A stretch of 60,029 nt of DNA, from UHGV virus genome UHGV-0110462; one strand, 5' to 3'. The translations under genes were made by a program, and so were the position numbers. This document shows, piece by piece, positions 9,564-18,269 of the stretch. This stretch comes from a virus. Each line of letters begins with the position of its first letter. The first letter of the stretch is position 1. The notes under the pieces were generated by a model, which worked only from the letters and a program-made list of their open reading frames with translations, was not told where the DNA came from and did no database searches.

Positions 9564-10301
9564 CTATAAAGCAATGCTCATCTGTGAATTCTCGCTAGAA
9601 ATCAGATCATCAAGGAAAATTGGTGGATTGTAGCTCTCAACCATAGTAAGAACCTGTTCGCACTGGTTGCGCTTAATCGCCTTATAGGTTGGTACTCCAA
9701 ACTGTCTACGAACATCACGGTGCAAGTCCTGATACAGCTTCGTTCTCAGTGAGGAATTCTTATAAGCATTGCTGTTTTTACCGCCTAAAACCGCGACTCC
9801 TTTCTTCTTGACTGCTTCGGTGATTTTATCAATCTCAATTGCTAAGAGGGGCATGTCGTTCTTGAAGTCTTCCAGCTGTTTTTCTACAACATTTACTTTT
9901 TGTTCAACCTGTGTAACTCTTTTGTCAACTACAATTATCGCTTTTAATTCTGTAGACAAAGAATCAAGGTCAACAAATTCTCTTTTATTAAAATAGTTAT
10001 CAACCAGATAATCATATACTTCCCAAGCCTTATCTGTATTCAATGACTTTGCGTGAAGCAATGCTCCTTTTTCTGTCCAAAGGTATAATTTATTGAGATT
10101 GTTTGGCAAATCGTGATTTTCACGAAACGCCCTTAATTCATCTCCGGATAAACAAATGAAGTGTTTACCTTCAACATATCTATCTTTGTTATGGTTGAAG
10201 TTGTATGAAATTGTCTTGTTATCAGTTCCATACGCTTCTGCGATCTGCTGTGTTGTTAAAACTCTATTGTTGTTGTATTCTGTTACTTTTAAATCGTTCA
10301 T
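9564..10301 (-). CDS. ORF6N-domain phage antirepressor-like protein
   Basis: ORF6N signature: LTTQQIAEAYGTDNKTISYNFNHNKDRYVEGKHF. RBS AAGGAG upstream. Confidence 0.65.
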   Translation of the reverse strand: MNDLKVTEYNNNRVLTTQQIAEAYGTDNKTISYNFNHNKDRYVEGKHFICLSGDELRAFRENHDLPNNLNKLYLWTEKGALLHAKSLNTDKAWEVYDYLVDNYFNKREFVDLDSLSTELKAIIVVDKRVTQVEQKVNVVEKQLEDFKNDMPLLAIEIDKITEAVKKKGVAVLGGKNSNAYKNSSLRTKLYQDLHRDVRRQFGVPTYKAIKRNQCEQVLTMVESYNPPIFLDDLISSENSQMSIAL

Positions 10302-10574
10302 GCCAAAACATCTCCTTAATTCCTTGTTTAAATGTTAAACAGTTTGCAAGTTTCGAGTTCTCCGTAATTTATGCACATTCCCATTTTGGGAAAAGCCTTT
10401 AAATTCAAGTATTTTCTTTTACATTTAGCATATACATGGCAACTCTTATTTTTTTGTCAGAAATAGCAGAGCCTAACTCAATAGACTCTGCACCGTTCAA
10501 TTCGTAACCAGCCGCATCACTGGTCGGTATTCCGTTTTTCGTATCCAGCACCATCACCGGAGTATATGAGAGAA

Positions 10575-10741
10575 ATAAAAAAGCCTGAGTACGCTGAGAG
10601 TAAAGACAGTATTTTGTACTATCCTTTTTCTCAGTATACTCAGGCTGACGATTCCTGACCCTTGTTGATCTGAATCCCATTCGTTCTTCACATATTTCTC
10701 GTCGCTGATATTATTATAACACAAATGGAATTAATAAACAA
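10575..10741 (-). promoter_or_regulatory. promoter + conserved 5' leader + intrinsic terminator (copy B of duplicated leader element)
   Basis: Minus strand: -35 TTGTTT (10736-10741), 17-nt spacer, TGTG-extended -10 TATAAT (10713-10718). Conserved leader with TCAGG/CCTGA stem (10640-10658) around loop AATCGTCAG. Terminator hairpin plus U6 (10575-10646). Lies about 270 nt upstream of the ORF6N gene at 10301. Confidence 0.6.
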
Positions 10742-11060
10742 CACGAGCAAGCAAAATATTTTCAATCAAATCAGTCAATGAAATAATTTCTCTCGCATGG
10801 TCAGAAATGAAATTGCAAAGGCGTTCCTCTGTTTCTATAGGAAGAGAAATTCCGTAGGTCATACAAACAGCGTGAGTCAGCTCATGGGAAAGGACGCGGT
10901 CAAACATGGTATCTGAGAGACGATTAGACAGATAGATTGTATTGGTCATTCTGTCAGTAACTCCGAGCGTGTAAACACCGTCTGACCGTCTCAGCAGCTC
11001 ACTGGATGGATTTTCATATTGGACATGCCATAATTCATCATTGATATAGAAATTCATCAA
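10731..11060 (-). CDS. putative zinc metallopeptidase (HExxH; ImmA/IrrE- or SprT-like)
   Basis: VLSHELTHAVCMTYGI contains an HExxH motif. Confidence 0.5.
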   Translation of the reverse strand: MMNFYINDELWHVQYENPSSELLRRSDGVYTLGVTDRMTNTIYLSNRLSDTMFDRVLSHELTHAVCMTYGISLPIETEERLCNFISDHAREIISLTDLIENILLARVVY

Positions 11061-11101
11061 ATCACCTACTTAAAAAGGGAAGGCTTTCGCCCTCCCGTGA
11101 A

Positions 11102-11743
11102 TTACATCTTATTGATGAGAGTCGCAAGCTTTGATTTTGCAAGAGTTCTTTCTTCCGGCGTCATGTCAGAAATCAGATCAGTCACGTCTTTTCCAAGTTC
11201 TGTCATGTAAGATTCAAGTTCATGCATCTTCGTGTCCTTGTCCTTGTGTGCATCTCTTGCGTCTGTATAGCCACGGCGAGCCATATCATAGCGACTGGAT
11301 GATTTAGGCTCTGTGTAATACATTCTTCCGTGCTTGTCTCTGTCCATGTCACGATCAGTGTCCCAGTCACGATACATCTCAGGAGTCATGTGCCAATAAG
11401 GCGGCTCATTGTATCCTCTTCTCATTCCGTGACCTTTCGGAGCGAATCTGCCGGACTTATAACGGTATTCGTCATAATATCTCCGGGCATCCTCTTCACC
11501 GTACTGGTCTTTGAACATTTTCAGAAGATACTTCTTTTCCTCTTTTTCATCTTCCTCAGCTTCTTCCATAGCTTTTGAGATTCTTGCATGATATTCGGCA
11601 TCTGCAAGGTCTTTAATCATATCGATGACCTGTCCCATCTCACATGTATTAACGTTTTCAATACCGCTAGAAAGTTCAGAACAAGCGCACTCAGAAAGTT
11701 TTTCAATCAATTCATGGATATGTTTGATATGCATAATATTCAC
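11102..11743 (-). CDS. hypothetical charged protein
   Basis: ORF with strongly charged composition: EEAEEDEKEEKKY...RDMDRDKHGRMYY. Confidence 0.45.
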   Translation of the reverse strand: MNIMHIKHIHELIEKLSECACSELSSGIENVNTCEMGQVIDMIKDLADAEYHARISKAMEEAEEDEKEEKKYLLKMFKDQYGEEDARRYYDEYRYKSGRFAPKGHGMRRGYNEPPYWHMTPEMYRDWDTDRDMDRDKHGRMYYTEPKSSSRYDMARRGYTDARDAHKDKDTKMHELESYMTELGKDVTDLISDMTPEERTLAKSKLATLINKM

Positions 11744-11746
11744 CTC

Positions 11747-12169
11747 CTAAGCTTCACGAGTCACAACAAGGTTAGCGTTTGCCACGTTGATTGCCTGTGT
11801 ACTTGTGTTCTCAACAGCAATATTTACACAACATCCGGCCGGCACGTCAATATAGATACCAGAAGATACATTGTTATACTGGTCAACTGCTGCCGGAGTA
11901 CTAATCATCTGAGAAGAAAGAACAGGCTCTCCGCTGATTGCGATAGCCAGTGAGATTGCTCCAGCTGTTCCTCCGGTCGGTACTGCGATATTTGCTGAAA
12001 AATCAACAAAATAGCGCGCTCTACACTGATTTGTGATTCCTCTCAGAGTCACGATTCCAGAACCCTCACGATGTTTGATGCAGTTATTTCCTTGAACTGC
12101 CGTGTTTGTAAAGACAACATTTCCGTTCACTGCTACTTCTTGAGCAGAAACAGCTACATATTCAGCCAT
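11747..12169 (-). CDS. hypothetical protein, BclA C-terminal-domain-like (tentative)
   Basis: Ala/Val/Asn/Thr-rich beta-type sequence ...VNIAVENTSTQAINVANANLVVT, reminiscent of exosporium BclA CTD. Recalled from memory, not searched. Confidence 0.35.
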   Translation of the reverse strand: MAEYVAVSAQEVAVNGNVVFTNTAVQGNNCIKHREGSGIVTLRGITNQCRARYFVDFSANIAVPTGGTAGAISLAIAISGEPVLSSQMISTPAAVDQYNNVSSGIYIDVPAGCCVNIAVENTSTQAINVANANLVVTREA

Positions 12170-12264
12170 AGTATTTTACCTCCATAATTTAAGGGACAAA
12201 CCGTTTGAAGTCTGCCCCTTGTATTCGTAATACTGCTTATAGCAGACATAACATTTAAGTTAAG

Positions 12265-12489
12265 TTACTCATTCGTCTTGGAAAGAATCTCCAAGATTTG
12301 ATTTTGATTGGAAATTATCTTTTCGAGATACTCCCTGTCCTGTCTCTGCAAGGCTCTTAGCAAGTCATCATTAGACGTTTGCTTCTGATCTTGGTCGTAT
12401 CCAATCATCTGCAAGATAACGGAAAAGACGTTCAACATATCAAGAAAAGAGTAGTTTCCGTTTTGATTGTTGGTCATTAACAACCACAT
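12265..12489 (-). CDS. hypothetical small protein
   Basis: ORF only. Confidence 0.3.
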   Translation of the reverse strand: MWLLMTNNQNGNYSFLDMLNVFSVILQMIGYDQDQKQTSNDDLLRALQRQDREYLEKIISNQNQILEILSKTNE

Positions 12490-13256
12490 CCATTACCGCA
12501 TCCGTAATACACATTCGGGTTAGGTACCTGATATGCCGGGATTGGTGTCGGGTTTACAGCATTGATAATCTGATTTGTCTGAGCTGTCATTGCAGTAGTC
12601 AGAAGAGCATTTTGTCTATCCTGTGAAGCTGCAAGTCTCAGATCGTTGTTCTCAGCCTGTAATGTAGCGATCTTATCCTGGCAGAGGTAATCAAGGATTG
12701 CTCTTGTTCCAGCGTTCTGGCTCTCAATGATGTCACGAGTGTTTGTATTCATTGTGTTCTGCAAAGCGCATGTATCCTGTGCCATGTCAAATCTTACCTG
12801 AGAAATAGCTTCTCTGTTCTGGCAGCAACAATCGGCAAGCTGTGCCTGTAATGCATTCTGACCCTGCATCAGAGCAACATTTGTTGTGTTGAATCCCTGC
12901 TGTGTCTGGTATCCAAGATTGCAGATTGCGTTGTCAATTCCGTGGAATCCATTCATCAGAGCTGTATTCTGAGCGTAAAAGCCATCACACAATCCATTGT
13001 TGATTCCGTCCAGTTTTCCAACAATGTTCTGAGTATCGAATCCCCTCTGAATGTCAGCCTGTGTAGCTACTGTTGCTGCATAACCGCCACCATTTCCGAA
13101 TCCGTTACCAAATCCATTGTTTCCCCAGCCAAAAAGCAGTGCGAATACGACGATGATCCATAACCATCCCCCGTCTCCCCAACCAGCTCCATCAGCGTAA
13201 CCGCCTGTTGCTGGCATGACTGGCATTGTAAAAGGTGTGTTAGTTGAGTTAAACAT
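12477..13256 (-). CDS. Gly-rich / Cys-rich membrane protein of unknown function
   Basis: N-terminus GWGDGGWLWIIVVFALLFGWGNNGFGNGFGNGGG (TM plus Gly repeats). Q/N/A-rich body with CCCQN. C-terminus YYGCGNGCGC. Confidence 0.45.
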   Translation of the reverse strand: MFNSTNTPFTMPVMPATGGYADGAGWGDGGWLWIIVVFALLFGWGNNGFGNGFGNGGGYAATVATQADIQRGFDTQNIVGKLDGINNGLCDGFYAQNTALMNGFHGIDNAICNLGYQTQQGFNTTNVALMQGQNALQAQLADCCCQNREAISQVRFDMAQDTCALQNTMNTNTRDIIESQNAGTRAILDYLCQDKIATLQAENNDLRLAASQDRQNALLTTAMTAQTNQIINAVNPTPIPAYQVPNPNVYYGCGNGCGC

Positions 13257-13323
13257 ATTAGTTCCTCCTTAATTTTATTCATAAAGAGGTTTCTCGAGTT
13301 TCTGTGCACAAACCTCTAATATG

Positions 13324-13542
13324 CTATAATCCAAACTTACTTCTTATTTGATTCATAAGTTCATCAACATTTGTTCCTTGTTCTTTCCCAAGGTTCCTTG
13401 CCAACTGCTCTATTCCTTTCATGTCTCCTTTTTGAGCCATATCAAGAGCGTTCTTGGCCATGGGGTTGTTCATTACTTGATTATTCCCCATCATCTGTTT
13501 TAAAAACTGCTGAGGATTTCCGAAAAGGTTAATTGGGTTCAT
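13324..13542 (-). CDS. hypothetical small protein
   Basis: ORF only. Confidence 0.35.
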   Translation of the reverse strand: MNPINLFGNPQQFLKQMMGNNQVMNNPMAKNALDMAQKGDMKGIEQLARNLGKEQGTNVDELMNQIRSKFGL

Positions 13543-14042
13543 TCTCCGTCACCATCCTTTTTGACTGTAGACCGTGTTTTCGGTTTGCTGTTGCTCATAG
13601 AGTTTTCCAGTTCATCAAGCTTACGTCCAAGCTCGTCAAATCTCTTCATAAACGCTTCTGTCGCATCGTCAGATAGCCCTATTTTCATTTCTGATTGAGT
13701 AGACGGTAAATTGTCTGTCTGCTGATTTTGAACAGGCTTAAAGACGATTGTCTGAATAGTTCCGTTGGCAGTCCATGACTTCAAATAGATTTCTGACAAA
13801 TCATTTTTCGGAAACAGTGCATAAGGAGCGTTCATTGGAACGTCACTTGCCTGTATCGTTTCTTGACCATCAACAATGTGACCAATTAGTTGCGGTTGCT
13901 GAATCTGTTGAGGGACCTGTTGCATCTGATTGTAAGCAGGCTGTTGAGCTTGCATCTGTTGAACTGGTTGCTGATATGGAGTTCCGTACCTCTGCTGATT
14001 CTGCTGCAAGTACGGATTTCCAAAATATGGATTCTCGTACAT
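13539..14042 (-). CDS. Q/N/P/Y-rich low-complexity protein; start refined to Met29
   Basis: AGGAGG 8 nt upstream of the internal ATG (MYENPYFGNPYLQQNQQ...). Prion-like Q-rich N-terminal half. Confidence 0.5.
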   Translation of the reverse strand: MYENPYFGNPYLQQNQQRYGTPYQQPVQQMQAQQPAYNQMQQVPQQIQQPQLIGHIVDGQETIQASDVPMNAPYALFPKNDLSEIYLKSWTANGTIQTIVFKPVQNQQTDNLPSTQSEMKIGLSDDATEAFMKRFDELGRKLDELENSMSNSKPKTRSTVKKDGDGE

Positions 14043-14052
14043 GATAGACCTC

Positions 14053-14229
14053 CTATCTTTCACACACATCCTCAAGTATCTCTTCTCTTGAAGCGAACGG
14101 TTTATCAGTGTAGAATCTTCTGTCAATCACATCTTCTACGATATGAACAACCGTTGACTGATATTCAAGCGGGATGCCATTGAGACGATCATCACTGAAT
14201 ATCTGAACAAGTATCGCATCTGAAAACAT
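14053..14229 (-). CDS. small hypothetical acidic protein (58 aa)
   Basis: GGAGG RBS (ggaggcggtcaaATG). Translates to MFSDAILVQIFSDDRLNG... Not in the ORF track because under 60 aa. Confidence 0.35.
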   Translation of the reverse strand: MFSDAILVQIFSDDRLNGIPLEYQSTVVHIVEDVIDRRFYTDKPFASREEILEDVCER

Positions 14230-14329
14230 TTGACCGCCTCCTTATGGTTAAATTTTCGCATAAAAAAAGAGAAGCAAGTTTTCACTTTCTTCTCATATTT
14301 ATGTCATATAGTGGCTCTATTTTATTTAC

Positions 14330-14611
14330 TATTTTGCGTACACACTCTCGCTGTGTACCGTACACACTTTTTACACACTTTTGCTGTGTAAATTCGTGTA
14401 AATACGTGTAATTTTATGAAATTCAGTGTGTATGCCAAATTGCTTGAAACCCTTATAAACTCAGTGTTAGAACGGTGTTCCGTACAGATCATAAGGTGTC
14501 ACCTGATATACGTAATAAGTTTACAAAGTTTAGTACAAAATGCTCCAAAAATCCTTTATTTTAAGGCTTTTTCATGTTGACAAGTGTGTAACTTACACAC
14601 CATTTACACAC
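14330..14611. other. candidate prophage attL / integrase arm-site region
   Basis: TTACACAC/GTACACAC occurs 5 times directly (14340-14380 and 14585-14605). Its inverse GTGTAA occurs 3 times (14380-14410). Lies immediately distal to the integrase gene. Confidence 0.4.
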
Positions 14612-15802
14612 TTATGAAATTTTTTGTTTAAAATCCACGATATTATTTGGCGTATTATCTACCAGTTTTTCAATATCATTAAAAGATTTTTCTTTCGTAA
14701 CATGAGTGTATAAATCAAGAGTCATTTTAACACTTGCATGACCTAAATATGATTGAACAACTTTAGGATCGATTTCATGTTCAAAGCATCGAGTGGCAAA
14801 CGTATGCCTAAATGTATGTCCACTAAAATTTTTGAACAAATCATTGTTCGGTCGCAACAAATTTATTTCTCTTATAACTGCATGTATAGCATCTGCATAT
14901 ATCACTGAATTTATCGGAGTATTGTACTTTGTAGTGAATAAAAAATCATTCTGTTCTTTTGGTCTTTTGCTTGATACTATCGCTTTTTGTTGAATCTGTC
15001 TTTCAAGATATATTTTACAAACGCTGTTTATCGGAACTTTCCTATAACTCTGCTTTGTTTTTGGTTCTTCTAGGTGAAAAGTCTTTCTGGTATCTGTAAG
15101 ATACTTTTGGTACACTAACGTTTTGTTTACATCAATGAACCCATTTTCAAAATCGATATCTGATTCTGTCAACGCAAAAAGTTCTCCTGGTCTCATTCCA
15201 GTATTTACTGCAACATTAAACATATTATCATAAAATGTATTTTTGCAATATTCAAAGAAAATGTTCTGTTCTTCAAGAGTAAGAGATTTTGCTTTAGATT
15301 CCTTCTTGTCTATAACTTTGGTTCCTAAGACCGGGTTTTTTGAAATCAGATTATCTTCAAGAGCTCTAGCCATTAGATCTGATAATATGACTTTGATTTT
15401 ATTTTGCCTTTCATACCCATATCCATTTGTATGAGCCAATGTTATTATTCTTTGAATATCTGATTTAACCAAAGAATTTATGTTGCGATTTCCTATAAAA
15501 GGTGATATATTCTTATTGTATATGTGAGTGTATTCTCTAAGAGTATTAGGGCGTACACTCTTTTCTTTATATATCTTTATCCATTGATTAAACCAATTAT
15601 CCAATTTTACGGTTTCTCTTACACTTACAAATGTTTCATTTTCTGCAATTTTAACAGCAAGATCTTTTCTTAATTCAGATAACTTTTTTGAATATATTGT
15701 CTTTGAATTGCCAAACCTATCTTTATATCTTCCTTGATAGGTTCCGTTTTTTCTTTGAGTTATACCAACTCCTAGTTCTTTTCCTTTTAAATCCTTTCCC
15801 AT
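14612..15802 (-). CDS. int: tyrosine-type site-specific integrase
   Basis: C-terminal catalytic region RPGELFAL...HTFRHTFATRCFEHEIDPKVVQSYLGHASVKMTLDLYTHV carries the R...H-x-x-R...Y motifs. Confidence 0.9.
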   Translation of the reverse strand: MGKDLKGKELGVGITQRKNGTYQGRYKDRFGNSKTIYSKKLSELRKDLAVKIAENETFVSVRETVKLDNWFNQWIKIYKEKSVRPNTLREYTHIYNKNISPFIGNRNINSLVKSDIQRIITLAHTNGYGYERQNKIKVILSDLMARALEDNLISKNPVLGTKVIDKKESKAKSLTLEEQNIFFEYCKNTFYDNMFNVAVNTGMRPGELFALTESDIDFENGFIDVNKTLVYQKYLTDTRKTFHLEEPKTKQSYRKVPINSVCKIYLERQIQQKAIVSSKRPKEQNDFLFTTKYNTPINSVIYADAIHAVIREINLLRPNNDLFKNFSGHTFRHTFATRCFEHEIDPKVVQSYLGHASVKMTLDLYTHVTKEKSFNDIEKLVDNTPNNIVDFKQKIS

Positions 15803-15879
15803 TATTTTTTTGCTCCTTCCATTTACAAAAGAGCCACTATACAGCTACATATTACTATATAAAGGCTCATATTTCAATG

Positions 15880-16284
15880 TTAGACTTCAATCGTTTTTTC
15901 AATATACTTCTCAAATTCTTTTCTTTTAACTAATCTTTTACCTTTTCCAACGCAAAAAAGAAACGGGCATCCTGGTTCGTTCAGCATGGAACTTATCTTA
16001 TTAACACCAATGTTGCTATACTGCGAAGCTTCTTCCACTGTGAGCATTACCTTTTCCCATACAGGAATACTATTATCTTTCAATTTTACTACCTCCATCA
16101 CTTTGGACATTATACTTTTTACTCGTCTGTTTACGGTTGATTCTGAAACAGAAAGTTTTTCCGAAATTTCAATTATGCTTTTTCCTTTTGATAACATAAT
16201 AAAAATTCTCAATTCTTCATCGGTAAAGTTACATTCTTTTATGTAATAATTTATCTCGCTTTTTACACATTTACATAACTTCAT
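15880..16284 (-). CDS. excisionase-family DNA-binding protein with N-terminal LuxR/sigma70-r4-like HTH (start refined to MKLCKC)
   Basis: C-terminus MLTVEEASQYSNIGVNKISSMLNEPGCPFLFCVGKGKRLVKRKEFEKYIE matches the excisionase/HTH_17 pattern. N-terminus LSVSESTVNRRVKSI is HTH-like. RBS AGAGGGA present. Confidence 0.55.
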   Translation of the reverse strand: MKLCKCVKSEINYYIKECNFTDEELRIFIMLSKGKSIIEISEKLSVSESTVNRRVKSIMSKVMEVVKLKDNSIPVWEKVMLTVEEASQYSNIGVNKISSMLNEPGCPFLFCVGKGKRLVKRKEFEKYIEKTIEV

Positions 16285-16518
16285 ACGCGATCCCTCTTTC
16301 AAGGGAGTGGCTAAACCACTATGTCCCGGCTCAAATCCACTCCCATACGTTCTATTCATTCATGTGGCAACTCACTTAAATATTCTCCTTGTTTCTTCAC
16401 AAGGTTAGCTGCTTCATATGGTTTGGTTCTGAAACGTCTAACAGCTTTTACGCTAGGTGCGCTACTCGCAAGCTTTCCGTGTTTTATATCTCCACGAAAC
16501 TTCATTGATTTTGATCCT

Positions 16519-16785
16519 TTATTCATCTTCGTTTACCTCTTCTTTCAACCATTGTTCAAATCCAGTATGTCCCTTGTCGCACATATCTTGTACAAGACAT
16601 TCAGAGCAGACTCCGGCAATCTTGCAGAGTTCTCTTGACAGCTCCATGTCGGACATTGATCGGATTTTATCTCCGTTTGTCATAATAATCGCTCCTCTCA
16701 CAATTAATGCTTTTGCAAATTTGCTCTCACCTCTGCTGGGCATCTTCTTCTGTCTGTGCTTCTCTCCACTCTCCCAAATGTCCAA
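16519..16785 (-). CDS. hypothetical early protein
   Basis: ORF only; Cys-containing. Confidence 0.35.
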   Translation of the reverse strand: MDIWESGEKHRQKKMPSRGESKFAKALIVRGAIIMTNGDKIRSMSDMELSRELCKIAGVCSECLVQDMCDKGHTGFEQWLKEEVNEDE

Positions 16786-17002
16786 AACATTCTTTTTTAA
16801 ATTTTTCTAATACATCTATTAGGTTGTCTATTTCGTAAGAATCCTTAAATATTATCTCGATTATTTCAGGATTAGATGTGTCAATATCATTACAGTAGGG
16901 AAATGGTTTCATAAAACAATTAAATCTAGCATTTATACCTTTATGTGTTAATGATATTTGATTAACACTTTCTTTATTTCCAATAATCTTCATCTCTTCC
17001 AC
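16727..17002 (-). CDS. hypothetical early protein
   Basis: ORF only. Confidence 0.35.
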   Translation of the reverse strand: MEEMKIIGNKESVNQISLTHKGINARFNCFMKPFPYCNDIDTSNPEIIEIIFKDSYEIDNLIDVLEKFKKECFGHLGEWREAQTEEDAQQR

Positions 17003-17318
17003 CTCGTTTTACAATTTCAATGGCTTTATCTAATGCATGTACATCTGCATAATCACAGTTATTACAGTCGCCAAAATACTTGCAATCTTCGCATTCTTCA
17101 TCAGGACAAGAAACATGTGTTGATTCTTCCCTTAGTATTCCAAGTATTTCAATGACTTTCTCCACATCAAACGCTGTCGGCTGTTCTACAATCGTCGCTA
17201 TAAAATGCCTGTGTTCCGAAACATGGCAAAGCGCAGCGTTCCCGTTTCTATGCGTGTTATTTAGCATACTCTCTTCCACACATTCCAGAAGCTTATCTGC
17301 ATCAATTAGTCTGCTCAT
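16974..17318 (-). CDS. hypothetical Cys-rich protein
   Basis: CPDEECEDCKYFGDCNNCDY. Confidence 0.4.
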   Translation of the reverse strand: MSRLIDADKLLECVEESMLNNTHRNGNAALCHVSEHRHFIATIVEQPTAFDVEKVIEILGILREESTHVSCPDEECEDCKYFGDCNNCDYADVHALDKAIEIVKRGGRDEDYWK

Positions 17319-17352
17319 GTCATTCTCCTTTGTACCTCTTAGGCAGTGGCAT

Positions 17353-17727
17353 CTATGCTATTACTCCGTCCACTACATTATCATCATCGTCTGTCCACTT
17401 TCTCCCATCCCAGTAGGCACTAAACGGCTGTACAACACGTCTGCTCTGTACAATGTAACCATCAAAAGAATCGACATTTGGCTTCTTCGGAAGTCTCTCA
17501 CTCACTGGAATCCACTTCTGACTTTGCAGTGCAATAGCAATTTTCGCAAGTTCGATAGCATCAAGCCATTCTCCACATTTTTCTTTTTCCTCAAACTCCG
17601 CTAACTTCTCCATCGCTTCTGACAGCTTGTTCTTGTCCTTAATCACTGCTTTTCCACAGTGGTATGTTGTTAATCTATCTTTCATTCCATCACCTCTTCC
17701 AACAAGCCATTCACTACCAGTTCGCAC
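17353..17727 (-). CDS. hypothetical early protein
   Basis: ORF only. Confidence 0.4.
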   Translation of the reverse strand: MRTGSEWLVGRGDGMKDRLTTYHCGKAVIKDKNKLSEAMEKLAEFEEKEKCGEWLDAIELAKIAIALQSQKWIPVSERLPKKPNVDSFDGYIVQSRRVVQPFSAYWDGRKWTDDDDNVVDGVIA

Positions 17728-17928
17728 TCAATCTCGGTTGCTGTTCGCTTGTCGCTGTATCTGCAATTTGGATTCTTGTGGATTCGTGCATCTTTGATCG
17801 GCCATTCAGTTTCAGTAAAATGCTTACTGTCCACAAACATCACTCTGTGTCCGTTCTTCACGCAGAGATAGTAACTCTCTGCGCTTTTCGGAAGTCCTCG
17901 GCAAGGCTTGAATCCGAATCTTACAAAC

Positions 17929-18255
17929 TCACTTGCCTTTACTACTGGTTTTAGTCTCATTTCTGTTCCCTCTCTCATACTTGTTACACACTTCCGGATT
18001 ACAACCACGCTCGTTTCCGGTATGTATGATATAGTCGCAACCACTTCTTGCACCGGAAGCACGGTATTTACAAGTTCTGCACAAATGCCGGTCTCCGTTG
18101 AAGCATTTCTTTTCCCTCTCAGCTTTCTTAATCTTTCCACCGTATATTCCGACAGTTCCAGGATGGATTCCAGTCTCTTCCGAAATCTGCTTATATGTCT
18201 TTCCCTCTTTCATCATCTTTTTGATGATCGCTTTCTTTTCGCTTGGCTCTTTCAT
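17929..18255 (-). CDS. HTH-domain protein with Cys-rich C-terminus
   Basis: HTH-like KTYKQISEETGIHPGTV. Overlaps the alternative-frame ORF 17682..18140, and which frame is real is unresolved. Confidence 0.35.
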   Translation of the reverse strand: MKEPSEKKAIIKKMMKEGKTYKQISEETGIHPGTVGIYGGKIKKAEREKKCFNGDRHLCRTCKYRASGARSGCDYIIHTGNERGCNPEVCNKYERGNRNETKTSSKGK

Positions 18256-18269
18256 TTCTTCCTCGCTCT

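Noticed and set aside
10405-10680. 91-aa ORF in the six-frame track
   Set aside because: It starts at the conserved ATGGGA inside leader copy B and reads straight through the terminator hairpin and U-tract. Its counterpart in copy A is only 49 aa and unrelated beyond the conserved RNA stretch. Most likely a non-coding leader, not a gene.
17682-18140. 152-aa ORF overlapping 17929..18255 in another frame
   Set aside because: The two overlap by about 210 bp. Only one frame, or a shorter start at MREGTEM, can be real. Without codon-usage or homology evidence I listed the HTH-bearing frame and left this one unresolved.
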